Below are positions 1-9,553 of a DNA stretch of 64,000 nt, one piece after another (position 1 is the first letter of the stretch; every line of letters begins with the position of its first letter). A program made the position numbers and the translations under genes. The notes beneath the pieces are model-generated. The model did not search any database. It saw only the letters and a list, made by a program, of their open reading frames with translations, and was not told the DNA's origin. The DNA is from Syntrophales bacterium (GTDB lineage Bacteria > Desulfobacterota > Syntrophia > Syntrophales > PHBD01). The stretch spans positions 2,400,001 to 2,464,000 of the forward strand of contig OY764159.1 of assembly GCA_963668175.1 (NCBI GenBank), written 5' to 3'.

Positions 1-138
1 CACGTGCGCGTACATCGCGGCGCTGGCCGCGGATGTCCTTGCCGTGCTTACAGCCCCGACCAGGCCGCCGAGGGCGATGATGGTCGCCACCAGAATGAAT
101 CCCGTCAGAAATTTCGTACTTAATTTAAGATGTGCCAT
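1..138 (-). CDS. 5' end of a probable methyl-accepting chemotaxis protein (runs off the window)
   Basis: Manual translation MAHLKLSTKFLTGFILVATIIALGGLVGAVSTARTSAASAAMYAHV with a GAAAGGA RBS. Same N-terminal pattern as the MCP at 58758-60389. Confidence 0.6.
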   Translation of the reverse strand, partial: MAHLKLSTKFLTGFILVATIIALGGLVGAVSTARTSAASAAMYAHV

Positions 139-1058
139 GAGAATGTCCTTTCAATCGGTAACAAATGTCTGTCGTTCCAGGCAATGGCCGGCGTCTTTTC
201 GGGCCTGTCCGGTGTCACGGCCGGTTGATGAAGGCGGCTTCCCCGTCGACGTCGGAAAACGGTCGCGGCCGATCGCATGCATTGTGGAAACCGGGATAAA
301 CGGAAGATGAGAAGGACGTAAGGCCTGTCCGGCCGCCGGATGCCGGACTGCAGAGGCAGCCGGGCCGATGCGGAGGCCGCTTTCATGGACGAAGCCCCCG
401 GGCGATCCGTCGTATCCCCGGCCGTTGCCGGCAGCCTTGCCGGCGGAAAGACGGCCGTGACGCCCGGGACCGAAGAAGCGGAACCGGTCTGTCTGTGGAA
501 TTGTGCGGCGCTTGTTCCGGAAAACGCTTACGGATTTCGGCGGCGCATGCTGGAACCTCTCTCTTTCTGATCATCCTGCCGGGGAATTACCCGTACCATC
601 GTCTAACCGTAATCTCAGGTCGTCCACCCCCCCCCGATTCCGGATCGTAATGCCGGAGCGTGGAATACTCATCGCCCTAAAATAGCGTCTATTATATCAC
701 AAGATGGAAGAAATTGCAGCCGCAGGATGGTCAAAATCGTATGGCCGGAATCCTGAAAAGGCCGCTCTTAATGAACAATGTTATAAATCGTCGACAGGAT
801 GTTCGGAACGGTCATAGCCCGGGTTGCGAATCAGAGTCTTCGATAACTTTTGACTGAAATACGCTTCCTGTCAAGTGTGACGTGAACCGGTCCATTGTAT
901 ATTTTTGACATACGGAGAGGGAGAGCCCATCGTCGGTCGCCGGCGGCTTTCCTGAAATGCAATGAACGGCGATACGGGCTTCCCGGCGCGCGGATTTAAT
1001 CCGTTTCCAGCGTCGACAGGGGCGAAAAATTGTTGTACATTTTAACGGGAGGATTCTT

Positions 1059-2777
1059 ATGGGTATAGCCGGGGATATCGTCATCGTCGTCGTCGCCGCC
1101 CTGCTCGGCGGGCTTGCCGCCCATGCGCTGAGATTGCCGCTCCTCTTCGGGTACATCCTCGCGGGCATCGTCGTTGGTCCCCATACGGGCGGCGTGACGG
1201 TGGGGGACGTCCATTCGATCGAGAAGCTCGCCGAGATCGGCGTCGCGCTGCTCCTGTTCGCCTTGGGGCTCGAATTCTCCTTCCGGGAGTTGCGGCCGGT
1301 CCGCGCCGTCGCCATGATCGGCACCCCCATCCAGATCGCCCTGACGGTGGCGTTCGGCTACGGCATAGGGCAGTGGCTCGGCTGGGGCTGGGTCGCGTCT
1401 CTCTGGTTCGGGGCGCTGATTTCCCTTTCCAGCACGATGGTGATCCTGAAGACCCTGCAGAACCAGGGCATGATGGGGACGCTGTCGAGCCGGGTCATGA
1501 TCGGCATGCTCATCGTCCAGGACCTGGCCGTCGTGCCGATGATGATCATCCTGCCCCAGTTGAGCGACCCGCAGGCCGGGTTCCGCGTTCTCGCCGTCGC
1601 CGCCGTGAAGGCCGCGGTCTTCCTCGTCTTCATGATCGTCCTCGGCACGCGCCTCATCCCGGGCATTATGAGGGGCATCGCCGGGCGGAATTCGCGGGAG
1701 CTGTTCCTCATTGCGACGGCGGCCCTGGGTCTGGGCATCGGCTACGGGACGTACCTTTTCGGCCTGTCGTTTGCGTTCGGCGCGTTCGTCGCGGGCATGA
1801 TCATGAGCGAATCGGATTTCGGCTACCAGGCCCTGAGCGACATCATCCCGCTCCGCGACGTCTTCAGCCTCCTCTTCTTCACGTCCATCGGCATGCTCCT
1901 CGATCCCCGGTTCCTGTGGGACAAGCTCGGTTTTATCCTGCTGCTGGTCGCCGTCGTCATGCTGGGCAAGAGCGCGATCTTCGCGGTGTTATGCAGGCTC
2001 TTCCGCTACCGCAACGTGGTCCCGCTGGCGGCGGGACTGGGACTCTCGCAGGTCGGGGAATTCTCGTTCGTCCTCGGTCGCGTCGGCGTCGAAACGCAGT
2101 CCATTTCGGCGGAATTCTACGCCCTGGTCCTCACCGTGACGATCGTGACCATGCTGTTCACGCCCGTGCTCTCGGGGTTCACCTCGCCGCTGTACGCCCT
2201 CGTCCGCCGGTGGCGCAGGGCCGCGGTTTCGGAGCCCCTCCATTTCCCGAAGATGGATTTGAAGGACCATATCGTCATTGCCGGGGGAGGGCGCGTCGGC
2301 CGGCATGTCGCCGCCGTCCTGAACAAGCTGGACGTTCCCTTCGTCGTGATCGAATACGACATCCGGCGGGTGGAGGCGCTGAAGGCGTCGGCTTTTCCCG
2401 TTCTTTTCGGCGACGCGGAAAAGGATGTCATCCTGGAGGCGGCAAGGGTGGACAAGGCGAGGCTCCTGATCGTCACGACGCCCGTGACGATCGTCGTCCG
2501 GGCCGTCGTGGCGGCGGCGAAGAAGCACAATCCGTCGATCCACATCATCGGCCGGGCCGACGGCATCGAGGATATGCAGGTCCTTCACGACGGGGGCGTC
2601 GACCACGTCGTTCAACCCGAATTCGAGGCGGGCCTGGAATTCGCGCGACAGGCGCTCCTCCATCTCGACATCCCCCTGGACCAGATCGAGACGTACGCCG
2701 AAGGCGTGCGGAGCGAGCTTTACCGTCCTCTCTACGAGGCGGACGCCCGGGAAGACGATCCGCCGCGTCCCTCGTGA
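1059..2777 (+). CDS. CPA2/Kef-type cation:proton antiporter with C-terminal TrkA-N (RCK) domain
   Basis: Many TM segments, [39 protein letters not shown]-terminal GGGRVG Rossmann motif. GGGAGG RBS. Confidence 0.92.
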   Translation: MGIAGDIVIVVVAALLGGLAAHALRLPLLFGYILAGIVVGPHTGGVTVGDVHSIEKLAEIGVALLLFALGLEFSFRELRPVRAVAMIGTPIQIALTVAFGYGIGQWLGWGWVASLWFGALISLSSTMVILKTLQNQGMMGTLSSRVMIGMLIVQDLAVVPMMIILPQLSDPQAGFRVLAVAAVKAAVFLVFMIVLGTRLIPGIMRGIAGRNSRELFLIATAALGLGIGYGTYLFGLSFAFGAFVAGMIMSESDFGYQALSDIIPLRDVFSLLFFTSIGMLLDPRFLWDKLGFILLLVAVVMLGKSAIFAVLCRLFRYRNVVPLAAGLGLSQVGEFSFVLGRVGVETQSISAEFYALVLTVTIVTMLFTPVLSGFTSPLYALVRRWRRAAVSEPLHFPKMDLKDHIVIAGGGRVGRHVAAVLNKLDVPFVVIEYDIRRVEALKASAFPVLFGDAEKDVILEAARVDKARLLIVTTPVTIVVRAVVAAAKKHNPSIHIIGRADGIEDMQVLHDGGVDHVVQPEFEAGLEFARQALLHLDIPLDQIETYAEGVRSELYRPLYEADAREDDPPRPS

Positions 2778-2951
2778 ACGCTTCCAATATGACCCGCGCT
2801 CGCTCAGACCACATTCGATAATTCCGGGGATGCGGCACTTATTTATAGATTGACTCTGAAGTAGCCCCCAATTGAACCGGACACTTTGAATCTGGAAATA
2901 AGTTGTAGGAATAGATATAGAGATATTACTACAACCAGAAAGAAGGTGTTT

Positions 2952-3329
2952 ATGGTTCCTGTAGAAGTGATCGTCGGTGTACAGAGGCGACGTCGCTGGT
3001 CGGCTGCCGAGAAGAAGTCGATGGTGCGGGAGGCGGAGCAGCCGGGAATGAGCATCTCGGCTGTAGCCCGGAAGTATGACATCCATCCGAACCAGTTGTT
3101 CCACTGGCGCAGGCTTGCCGAAGAAGGGGCTCTGTCGGCGGTTGGTGCAGATGAAGGCGTCGTTCCTGCATCGGAAGCCAGAGAACTGAAAAAGCAGATC
3201 CGGGAGTTGGAGCGTCTTCTGGGCAAAAAGACAATGGAGGTGGAGATATTAAGAGAGGCTGTCCGGATTGCCCGTGAAAAAAAACTGATCTCGCGGTTGC
3301 CGTTGTTGCCGGAGGACGATTCCCGATGA
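2952..3329 (+). CDS. IS3-family transposase OrfA (HTH)
   Basis: RRRRWSAAEK...SISAVARKYDIHPNQLFHWR HTH followed by a coiled coil. A8C slippery run at 3277-3285 fits a -1 frameshift to OrfAB. Confidence 0.92.
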   Translation: MVPVEVIVGVQRRRRWSAAEKKSMVREAEQPGMSISAVARKYDIHPNQLFHWRRLAEEGALSAVGADEGVVPASEARELKKQIRELERLLGKKTMEVEILREAVRIAREKKLISRLPLLPEDDSR

Positions 3330-4174
3330 AGACGGTTGTCGATACGCTGGGCGTTTCCCGTTCCCGGCAATACGAAAGGCAAGGGACGGAAGCCGATTCG
3401 AGAAGCCGCCATTACAGGAGAAGCGACGATGGCAGATATCTTCTTCTGATCAGGCAGATTATTGATAATCGTCCCAGTTACGGTTATCGGAGAGTAACGG
3501 CAAGAATCAACAGGTTTCTGGAACGTCAGGGGCATCCGGGAGTTAATCCCAAACGGATTTATCGTCTCATGAAGATGCACAATCTGCTTCTTCAGCGGCA
3601 TACGGGTAGGCCGGCAAGGCTTCACGAGGGCAAGGTCACGACGAGACGGAGCGATCTTCGTTGGTGTTCCGATGCGTTTGAGATTGCCTGCTGGAATGGG
3701 GACCGTCTCCGGGTAGCGTTCAGCATGGATTGTTGCGACAGGGAAATCATGAGTTATGTAGCCACGACAGGGGGCGTATCCGGCGACATGGTCAGGGACT
3801 TGATGGCGGAAGCCATTGAAGCCCGTTTCGGTATGATCAATCGGCTGCCCCACAGAATCCAGTGGCTGAGCGATAATGGTCCTGCGTATACCGCCAGGGA
3901 AACGAAAAGCTTTGGGCAGATGATGGGGCTTGAGGTTTGCACGACCCCGTTCTATAGCCCGGAATCGAACGGAATGGCCGAATCCTTTGTCAAGACCTTC
4001 AAGAGGGATTATGTTCATCTGAATATCCTGACTGATGCCGAAACGGTCATGAAGCAACTGCCCGGATGGTTCGTAGACTACAATGAAAACCATCCGCACA
4101 AGGGATTGAAAATGATGTCGCCCAGGGAGTATAGGAGACATCAAAATAAGTTAGAACAGTGTCCGGTGAAATAG
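3326..4174 (+). CDS. IS3-family transposase OrfB (DDE integrase core)
   Basis: YGYRRV, WCSD, DCCDRE, LSDNG, SPESNGMAESFVKTFKRD, YNENHPHKGL motifs, IS2 InsD-like. Confidence 0.95.
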   Translation: MKTVVDTLGVSRSRQYERQGTEADSRSRHYRRSDDGRYLLLIRQIIDNRPSYGYRRVTARINRFLERQGHPGVNPKRIYRLMKMHNLLLQRHTGRPARLHEGKVTTRRSDLRWCSDAFEIACWNGDRLRVAFSMDCCDREIMSYVATTGGVSGDMVRDLMAEAIEARFGMINRLPHRIQWLSDNGPAYTARETKSFGQMMGLEVCTTPFYSPESNGMAESFVKTFKRDYVHLNILTDAETVMKQLPGWFVDYNENHPHKGLKMMSPREYRRHQNKLEQCPVK

Positions 4175-4227
4175 GGGCAACTCCAGACTCCTGAGAAAGA
4201 TAACTAATTTGTAAAAGTTAATATCTT

Positions 4228-4257
4228 CCCGGAATTCCAGACCCCGGAATTCCAGAC
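4228..4257. repeat. Perfect 15-bp tandem duplication CCCGGAATTCCAGAC x2
   Basis: Copies at 4228-4242 and 4243-4257. Confidence 0.9.
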
Positions 4258-4290
4258 GTGTTGTAAATTCGTGATGTTATGCAATGTTTG

Positions 4291-4471
4291 TGTAAATATT
4301 CTATACATTATCAAGACAGCCATCAATAATACGTAATTATTGTTTTAATATAGAGAATATTATCAGAAATAGCACCTGCTTATTTGTAAAGAATCGGTAC
4401 ACTTACCTTTTCATAGACATTCCTCTTTGTACGTCATTTCAAGCCATTAGAGTAATGGCATTGTTTATGCA
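4291..4471 (+). promoter_or_regulatory. Sigma-54 promoter with two upstream TGT-N11-ACA enhancer boxes
   Basis: TGGCATTGTTTATGCA (GG-N10-GC) at 4456-4471; TGTAAATATTCTATACA at 4291-4307; TGTAAAGAATCGGTACA at 4385-4401. Same design before the PEP-CTERM gene at 43060. Confidence 0.75.
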
Positions 4472-4516
4472 AAAATTTTTACGTCGAATCTCATCTGCAT
4501 GGAAAGGGGGATATCT

Positions 4517-5245
4517 ATGAGACGGTCTATATTCTTTTCTGTTGTTATATTTATATTTATTCCAGGTATTGTTGCAGCAGAAACCTATTTTTACGAAAGT
4601 GCCTATTATGACGCGAATACTTTGAATATTGTCTCTGACCCAAGCTTAACACTCGACTTGCACATGGCGACCCTAAGTGATTATTCGAATACATTGACAT
4701 TCACGGGAGGATACAGAAGCTATTGGGTGAATAATGGTCAAATAGGGGCTTCACAATTTATTGCTGCTTCAAACGCCAACAATTACGGCGGTGGTATAAG
4801 TTTCTACCAAACGCTCGCAACTTTCACCGTTTTAAGTGGATCTGGATCAGTTACACCATCAATTTTTTTTCATAAAGCGTTTGATATCTATACTGACTCC
4901 GTAGGAGATAAAACCGCAAATGGTGATTTCGTGACAAGTATTTGTATAAATAATATCACTAAAGGATTAAATGCGTGTCAGGTAAAACATTCACATGCAT
5001 CATCGGGCGAGATAGATGGGCAGGCAAATCAATTTGTGTTTAATGGTATTGTTTTTGTAGATACATCTCCGGATAGAAAATTCTTTGAAGTAGGTGATAT
5101 CGGAGAAATTTTCGTTGGGCTTAATGATGAGGGTTTATATGCGATAGATATTTCCCCGGTCCCCGAACCATCTACTCTTTTTCTCCTCGGTATCGGGTGC
5201 GCAGGTGTCTTCGGTGTTAAGAGAAGTTTAAGAAGGAGACACTAA
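4517..5245 (+). CDS. PEP-CTERM sorting-domain exported protein
   Basis: Signal peptide; C-terminal VPEPSTLFLLGIGCAGVFGVKRSLRRRH. Low GC. Alternative start at 4499. Confidence 0.9.
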   Translation: MRRSIFFSVVIFIFIPGIVAAETYFYESAYYDANTLNIVSDPSLTLDLHMATLSDYSNTLTFTGGYRSYWVNNGQIGASQFIAASNANNYGGGISFYQTLATFTVLSGSGSVTPSIFFHKAFDIYTDSVGDKTANGDFVTSICINNITKGLNACQVKHSHASSGEIDGQANQFVFNGIVFVDTSPDRKFFEVGDIGEIFVGLNDEGLYAIDISPVPEPSTLFLLGIGCAGVFGVKRSLRRRH

Positions 5246-5285
5246 TTCAATTACTTGATCAAATATCATAAAAAGGGAGGGGATC

Positions 5286-5837
5286 ATGAAAATCAAAATG
5301 TTAATAATTGCCATCTTGGTATTTTGCACTACTTCGCTTTCTTATGCAGTCGTCGTGGATCAAACTCAAAGGCCATTCCACGGAACTTTCACGTGGTATT
5401 CCGTGTCACAACCAGGAATCATACTAGGGACAGCCCAAATATATGGTTTAATAGATTTACGGTTGAATGACTTTGGGCCACACTATGACCCAAATCAGCT
5501 AGGGTATAAAGGAAGTACGTATGATGGACGATTATCTTTTGAAGATGACTATTATGAACCCGGATCCGTCGTCTTTGTGACAGAAAACTACTCATCTGAA
5601 ATCACCTCGTTTATGAGGATGGGAAGCGCGGGCGGATGGGGGTCTCGCCCTGATATTTTTGAGTACAACAATCCTTTTGAAATAGACGTTTACCACCTCT
5701 ACAGTATTGATCACTTGTTGAAAGGAGATTTAATCCTCTGCGTTGACCCTGCCCCTGTTCCTGAACCTACTTCAATGCTTCTTTTAGGCCTTGGCCTTGC
5801 GGGTGCGGCCGCTATAAGAAGAAAATTAAAGAAATAG
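5286..5837 (+). CDS. PEP-CTERM sorting-domain exported protein
   Basis: Signal peptide; C-terminal VPEPTSMLLLGLGLAGAAAIRRKLKK; GGGAGG RBS. Confidence 0.92.
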   Translation: MKIKMLIIAILVFCTTSLSYAVVVDQTQRPFHGTFTWYSVSQPGIILGTAQIYGLIDLRLNDFGPHYDPNQLGYKGSTYDGRLSFEDDYYEPGSVVFVTENYSSEITSFMRMGSAGGWGSRPDIFEYNNPFEIDVYHLYSIDHLLKGDLILCVDPAPVPEPTSMLLLGLGLAGAAAIRRKLKK

Positions 5838-5857
5838 ATGTTTGAGATCAACAGAAA

Positions 5858-5889
5858 GCAGAGTCATAAACGGCTCTGCCTTATTTTTT
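5858..5889 (+). terminator. Probable intrinsic terminator
   Basis: GCAGAGTC-ataaac-GGCTCTGC hairpin followed by a T-rich tract. Confidence 0.55.
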
Positions 5890-6050
5890 GCCTTTCTTTG
5901 TCGTCTTCTCATACCTTTCAAGCGATTCTTCAATAAGCCGCCGGATGGCCTCTGACTTGGATTCAATGCGGTTCCCAAAGCGGTAATCATTGATCCGTTC
6001 GCTAGTTCTTGGTCAAGAATGATTAAGAATCTGGGCTTTTCCGTCGGCAT
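5881..6050 (-). pseudogene. Frameshifted ribbon-helix-helix (CopG/Arc-like) DNA-binding protein
   Basis: Adding one base near 6000 gives MPTEKPRFLIILDQELAERINDYRFGNRIESKSEAIRRLIEESLERYEKTTKKGKK*, a typical RHH pattern. Confidence 0.7.
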
Positions 6051-6316
6051 TATTTTTTCCTGATCTCCACCGCCAGTGGCTCGTCGATGTTCGACCCATG
6101 GATATATCGGGATGTTACTTCACTCCTACTATTGTATCCTAAAATAATTTTTTTGTCATTATAGATGTAATATGCTGTACAGGCGAAGGTCTTAGGGCTT
6201 TTGCACTAGCTGTCGATACTATTCTAGCTGATCGCCTTCGACACCCTGCGCTTGAAGTGGGCGTAGGCAAACTGCCTGCCCTGATTGTTCTGATTGATCT
6301 ATATCCCCGTCAGGTC

Positions 6317-8599
6317 CTATTTCGCCCGGCCGGTCAGTTGGAAGGCCGACCAGTAGTAAGGATGGGGGTACTTCTTCCTCGTCTCCAATTGGGCCTTGCG
6401 CAGGGCGTCGAGCTTGTCCGTCTGCTGCATCCCCTTGTAAAACCGGATCATGAGTTCGGCCGTCGCCAGGTCGTCCACCTTCCAGAGGCTCGCGACGATG
6501 GAACTCGCGCCCGCATAAAGGAATCCCCGCGTCAGGCCCACGAGGTCGTCGCCGTTGGCCACCTTGCTCAGGCCCGTTTCGCAGGCGCTTAGGGTGATGA
6601 GGTTGGCGTCGAGCTTCATGGCGTAGAGCTTGTCCACCGTCAGCATGCCGTCGGACGGGCCGTCGGGGGAAAGCAGGAGCGCCGACTGCAAAGGGTTCTC
6701 CGGCGAAAACTGGCCGTGCGTGGCGAAGTGGAGGTAACGGTAATCCCCGCCGTACCGGCGGACGATCTCCTCCGTGGCCTCCTTGCGCACATAGACCTTG
6801 GAGCCCGGCCATATCTTGGCGACCTCGACCGCCTCCTTCTGGGCAAAGGCCAGGTCATTGGCCGGATTGCCGAGATCGGGATTGCCCAGGGCCATGATGC
6901 CCCCTGTCTTGGCGTCCTTCCTGTCCCTGAGGTACTTCATGGCGCTGGCGCTGGGCATCAGGCGGATATGGTAACGGTCGATGAGGTACTCTTTCCCGTC
7001 GTGGAGGGCGTTGAAGGGGATGTAATGGAGCACCCCGTGGGAGACGACGACGAGGTCGCGTCCGGAGAGTGCCCCTTCGAGGGGCGCGAACAGGCGGCGG
7101 TACAGCTTCGCGGCCAGCGCCTGGGCGTCCGGCGAATTGGGCGTCTCCAGCGATTTCCTGAAGGCCGCGACGTCGCCGGCCAGGCCCGAGGGGTCGATTT
7201 TCACGCCCTGCAGGCCCTTGGCGGAAAGGACGAAGGCGAACATGTCGCTTCCGGAATAGTAGTATTCGACGAGCGATTCCCCCGGCGAGAGCAACGCCGT
7301 CATGTCGGCAACGGGCGTGGCGTCGACGGTGACGAGGGAGGCCAGTTCCGGCGCGTCATGCTGGAGATCCTGCCGCGCCTTGACGGCGACGGACCGGACC
7401 TGCGGCCGGTTGACGTTCCGGTCCATGGTCATGATCTCCGTCTCCGACTTGTCGCCGTCGGCAATCGCCCGGCGGACCTGCTCTTCGCGTCCCGCCGCCT
7501 TCACTGCGAAGTCCTTCTTCCCCGCCAGGAGATCGACCAGGGCGCGGGATTTCGACCGCTCCACGTACTCGAAGGACTTCGCGTATTGTTTATCCTTATA
7601 GAGCGCCGCGATAAGTCCGTGATAGACGGCCTGCTTGTCCCCGACAAAGCCGATCTTCCCCGCCTCGACCTTGATGGTGGAGCGATGCTGCTCGATTACC
7701 GCCACGGCCTTTTCGTAGAAGCCGATGGCCTCTTTCAGGTTCCCCTCCTTTTCGGCGATGCGGCCGCGGTCGTACAGGGCGATCCAGTACATCTCCCCGC
7801 GGTCGTGGATATAGGGATACTTCAGGAGCGCGTCGTAGCCCTGCTTGGCCTCGGCGGTGCGCCCCACCTCGAAGAGGCTCTTGTCCTTCATGAACTCGAA
7901 GGAGAGCTTGTTGTTGGTGAAGACGTCCCAGCCGCTGATCGATTTGAGGAAGGTGTTGGAATCCTCGAACTTGTAGGAGACGGCGTCGATGGCGTCGTTG
8001 TATTTCTTCAGGATGATGTAGATTCTGGCGAGGCCGATGTTGCGGTCGTCCTTGACGAGCATATAGGGGTATCCGAGGTAGAGCCCCTTGAGCTGCGCGG
8101 CGGCGGCCTCGGCCTTGTCCGTCCTGCCCGCCAGCGCATAGGCGATGCCCAGGGTTTCCAGGACCTTGACCTCGTCGAAGCGGGTCAGACCGCTATCGAC
8201 GACGGTCTTGTTCGAGAGTTCGGCCGCCTTGACGGCCTCTTCGTACTGGCCGAGCTCGATCAGGGCATTCGCCCGGTAGCGGGAAGGCGTCGCCGAATGG
8301 TTCCACGCGTCGGCGGTGTAATCACCGGCGTCCACCTTGGCCTGGGCCTCATTCAGGCAGGGAAAGAGCTTCTCGTAATTCTTCAACTCGCCGTAGGCGG
8401 AACAGAGGTAGATCAGGTCCTGGAAGACGAGGCCCGAATATTTCCCCGAAGGGGGCTCGAATTCCCGGACGATCTGCGTGTAATTCGCCTCGGCTGCGAG
8501 ATTCATCCCCTTGCTGTTGAACGACGACGCGCACCCGGAAACGACCAGCACCGCCGCCAGAACGGCAAACCACGTGTACCTTCTTGCTCCCGCCATCAT
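6317..8599 (-). CDS. TPR + CHAT-domain (caspase-fold) protease, predicted lipoprotein
   Basis: Lipobox VVSGC, TPR-like helices, ERSKSRAL, HGVLHYIPFNAL, LHFATHG (His), LSACETG (Cys), SLWKVDD, HPYYWSAF. Confidence 0.92.
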   Translation of the reverse strand: MMAGARRYTWFAVLAAVLVVSGCASSFNSKGMNLAAEANYTQIVREFEPPSGKYSGLVFQDLIYLCSAYGELKNYEKLFPCLNEAQAKVDAGDYTADAWNHSATPSRYRANALIELGQYEEAVKAAELSNKTVVDSGLTRFDEVKVLETLGIAYALAGRTDKAEAAAAQLKGLYLGYPYMLVKDDRNIGLARIYIILKKYNDAIDAVSYKFEDSNTFLKSISGWDVFTNNKLSFEFMKDKSLFEVGRTAEAKQGYDALLKYPYIHDRGEMYWIALYDRGRIAEKEGNLKEAIGFYEKAVAVIEQHRSTIKVEAGKIGFVGDKQAVYHGLIAALYKDKQYAKSFEYVERSKSRALVDLLAGKKDFAVKAAGREEQVRRAIADGDKSETEIMTMDRNVNRPQVRSVAVKARQDLQHDAPELASLVTVDATPVADMTALLSPGESLVEYYYSGSDMFAFVLSAKGLQGVKIDPSGLAGDVAAFRKSLETPNSPDAQALAAKLYRRLFAPLEGALSGRDLVVVSHGVLHYIPFNALHDGKEYLIDRYHIRLMPSASAMKYLRDRKDAKTGGIMALGNPDLGNPANDLAFAQKEAVEVAKIWPGSKVYVRKEATEEIVRRYGGDYRYLHFATHGQFSPENPLQSALLLSPDGPSDGMLTVDKLYAMKLDANLITLSACETGLSKVANGDDLVGLTRGFLYAGASSIVASLWKVDDLATAELMIRFYKGMQQTDKLDALRKAQLETRKKYPHPYYWSAFQLTGRAK

Positions 8600-8721
8600 G
8601 AACACCCCTTAGCGTTTTCTTCGCTTATACCACAACGGCGGGGGAAACGGAAACATACGATAAGGGCGGCCGGGGGACGATCAGGTTCTCCGTCCGGAAT
8701 ACGCCGTCAATGGGCGGTCTC

Positions 8722-9315
8722 TCACTTCTTTCCGTCCGGCTTGCCGGCGTAGAAAGGCATCCACCGCCCGATCATTCTCAGATCGGGTTCCGGGCGCCCG
8801 GAAATATCCGCCAGGAGGCGGAAAAAGCGCTTCTTGTCCTCTTCCGTAAAGAGATTGATATGGATGGCGATATGCCGTCCCATCGTCGACCTGAAGAAAA
8901 GCAGGAGTTTGTTCGCCGTCGCTTCGCTTTCCATGATCGTCATGGGCGTGCGCTGCGGCGTGGCCCCGCCGTAAGGCGTGGTGGACGAGCCGAATTGGTA
9001 GGCGGCGTTTGCGAAGGGGATAACCGTCTCGCCGAAGAGGCGGGATACGGAAATCCTGTCCGGATGGACGGTTATCTTCCTGGCGAGATAACTGTCGAGG
9101 ACCCGGAGGAAAGCCGCCACGCCTAACGTGGCGATGACGATCATGGACGTATTCCAGGCGATGGACCCGCCGGCGGCGAGCCTGGCGGCATTTCCCATGA
9201 TCATGCTGAGGAAGAACAGACATACAACGGAGTAGAGAAAAATACCGACGGCCCTGGGAAGCCGTTTGGCGCGGTAGTCGAAATCGGCGGTTGGCCGTGC
9301 ATCGTTATCGGTCAT
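8722..9315 (-). CDS. Hypothetical membrane protein (2 TM + bacterial PH-like segment)
   Basis: Two hydrophobic helices then KITVHPDRISVSRLFGETVIPF. Confidence 0.6.
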   Translation of the reverse strand: MTDNDARPTADFDYRAKRLPRAVGIFLYSVVCLFFLSMIMGNAARLAAGGSIAWNTSMIVIATLGVAAFLRVLDSYLARKITVHPDRISVSRLFGETVIPFANAAYQFGSSTTPYGGATPQRTPMTIMESEATANKLLLFFRSTMGRHIAIHINLFTEEDKKRFFRLLADISGRPEPDLRMIGRWMPFYAGKPDGKK

Positions 9316-9479
9316 GGTTTCACACTCGCGGGGGATTGCGGCCCCTGTTTATTTGGCATGGATGGTACATGGTTACGCATCAACTGTCAAATGGGTTTCA
9401 TTCATGGCAGGGAGACCGCGAACGGCGGAAACATCCCGATTTCCCCTTGACACCGGTTCGGCTATAGAGATAATATATA

Positions 9480-9506
9480 TAAATACGTATGTCTTAACAC
9501 CGATAT
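9480..9506 (+). promoter_or_regulatory. Putative sigma-28 (FliA) promoter for the kinase
   Basis: TAAA-N15-ACCGATAT versus consensus TAAA-N15-GCCGATAA. Confidence 0.5.
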
Positions 9507-9553
9507 AGAAACCGGTTTTGTCCGGAAACGGTTTCGCCGGGAAAGGAAGCGCC

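Larger units (their letters stand above)
2857..4185 (+). mobile_element. IS3-family (IS2 group) insertion sequence, 1329 bp, apparently intact
   Basis: Imperfect terminal IRs TGAAGTAGCCCCCAATTGAACCGGACACT / revcomp TGGAGTTGCCCCTATTTCACCGGACACT, 5'-TG...CA-3' ends, 5-bp direct repeat GACTC at 2852-2856 and 4186-4190. Confidence 0.95.

Noticed and set aside
2843..4144. 433-aa ORF antisense to the IS
   Set aside because: Fully overlaps the transposase genes and has no motifs.
6317..8599. Craspase (type III-E CRISPR TPR-CHAT)
   Set aside because: No cas genes or array nearby, and the protein has a lipoprotein signal.
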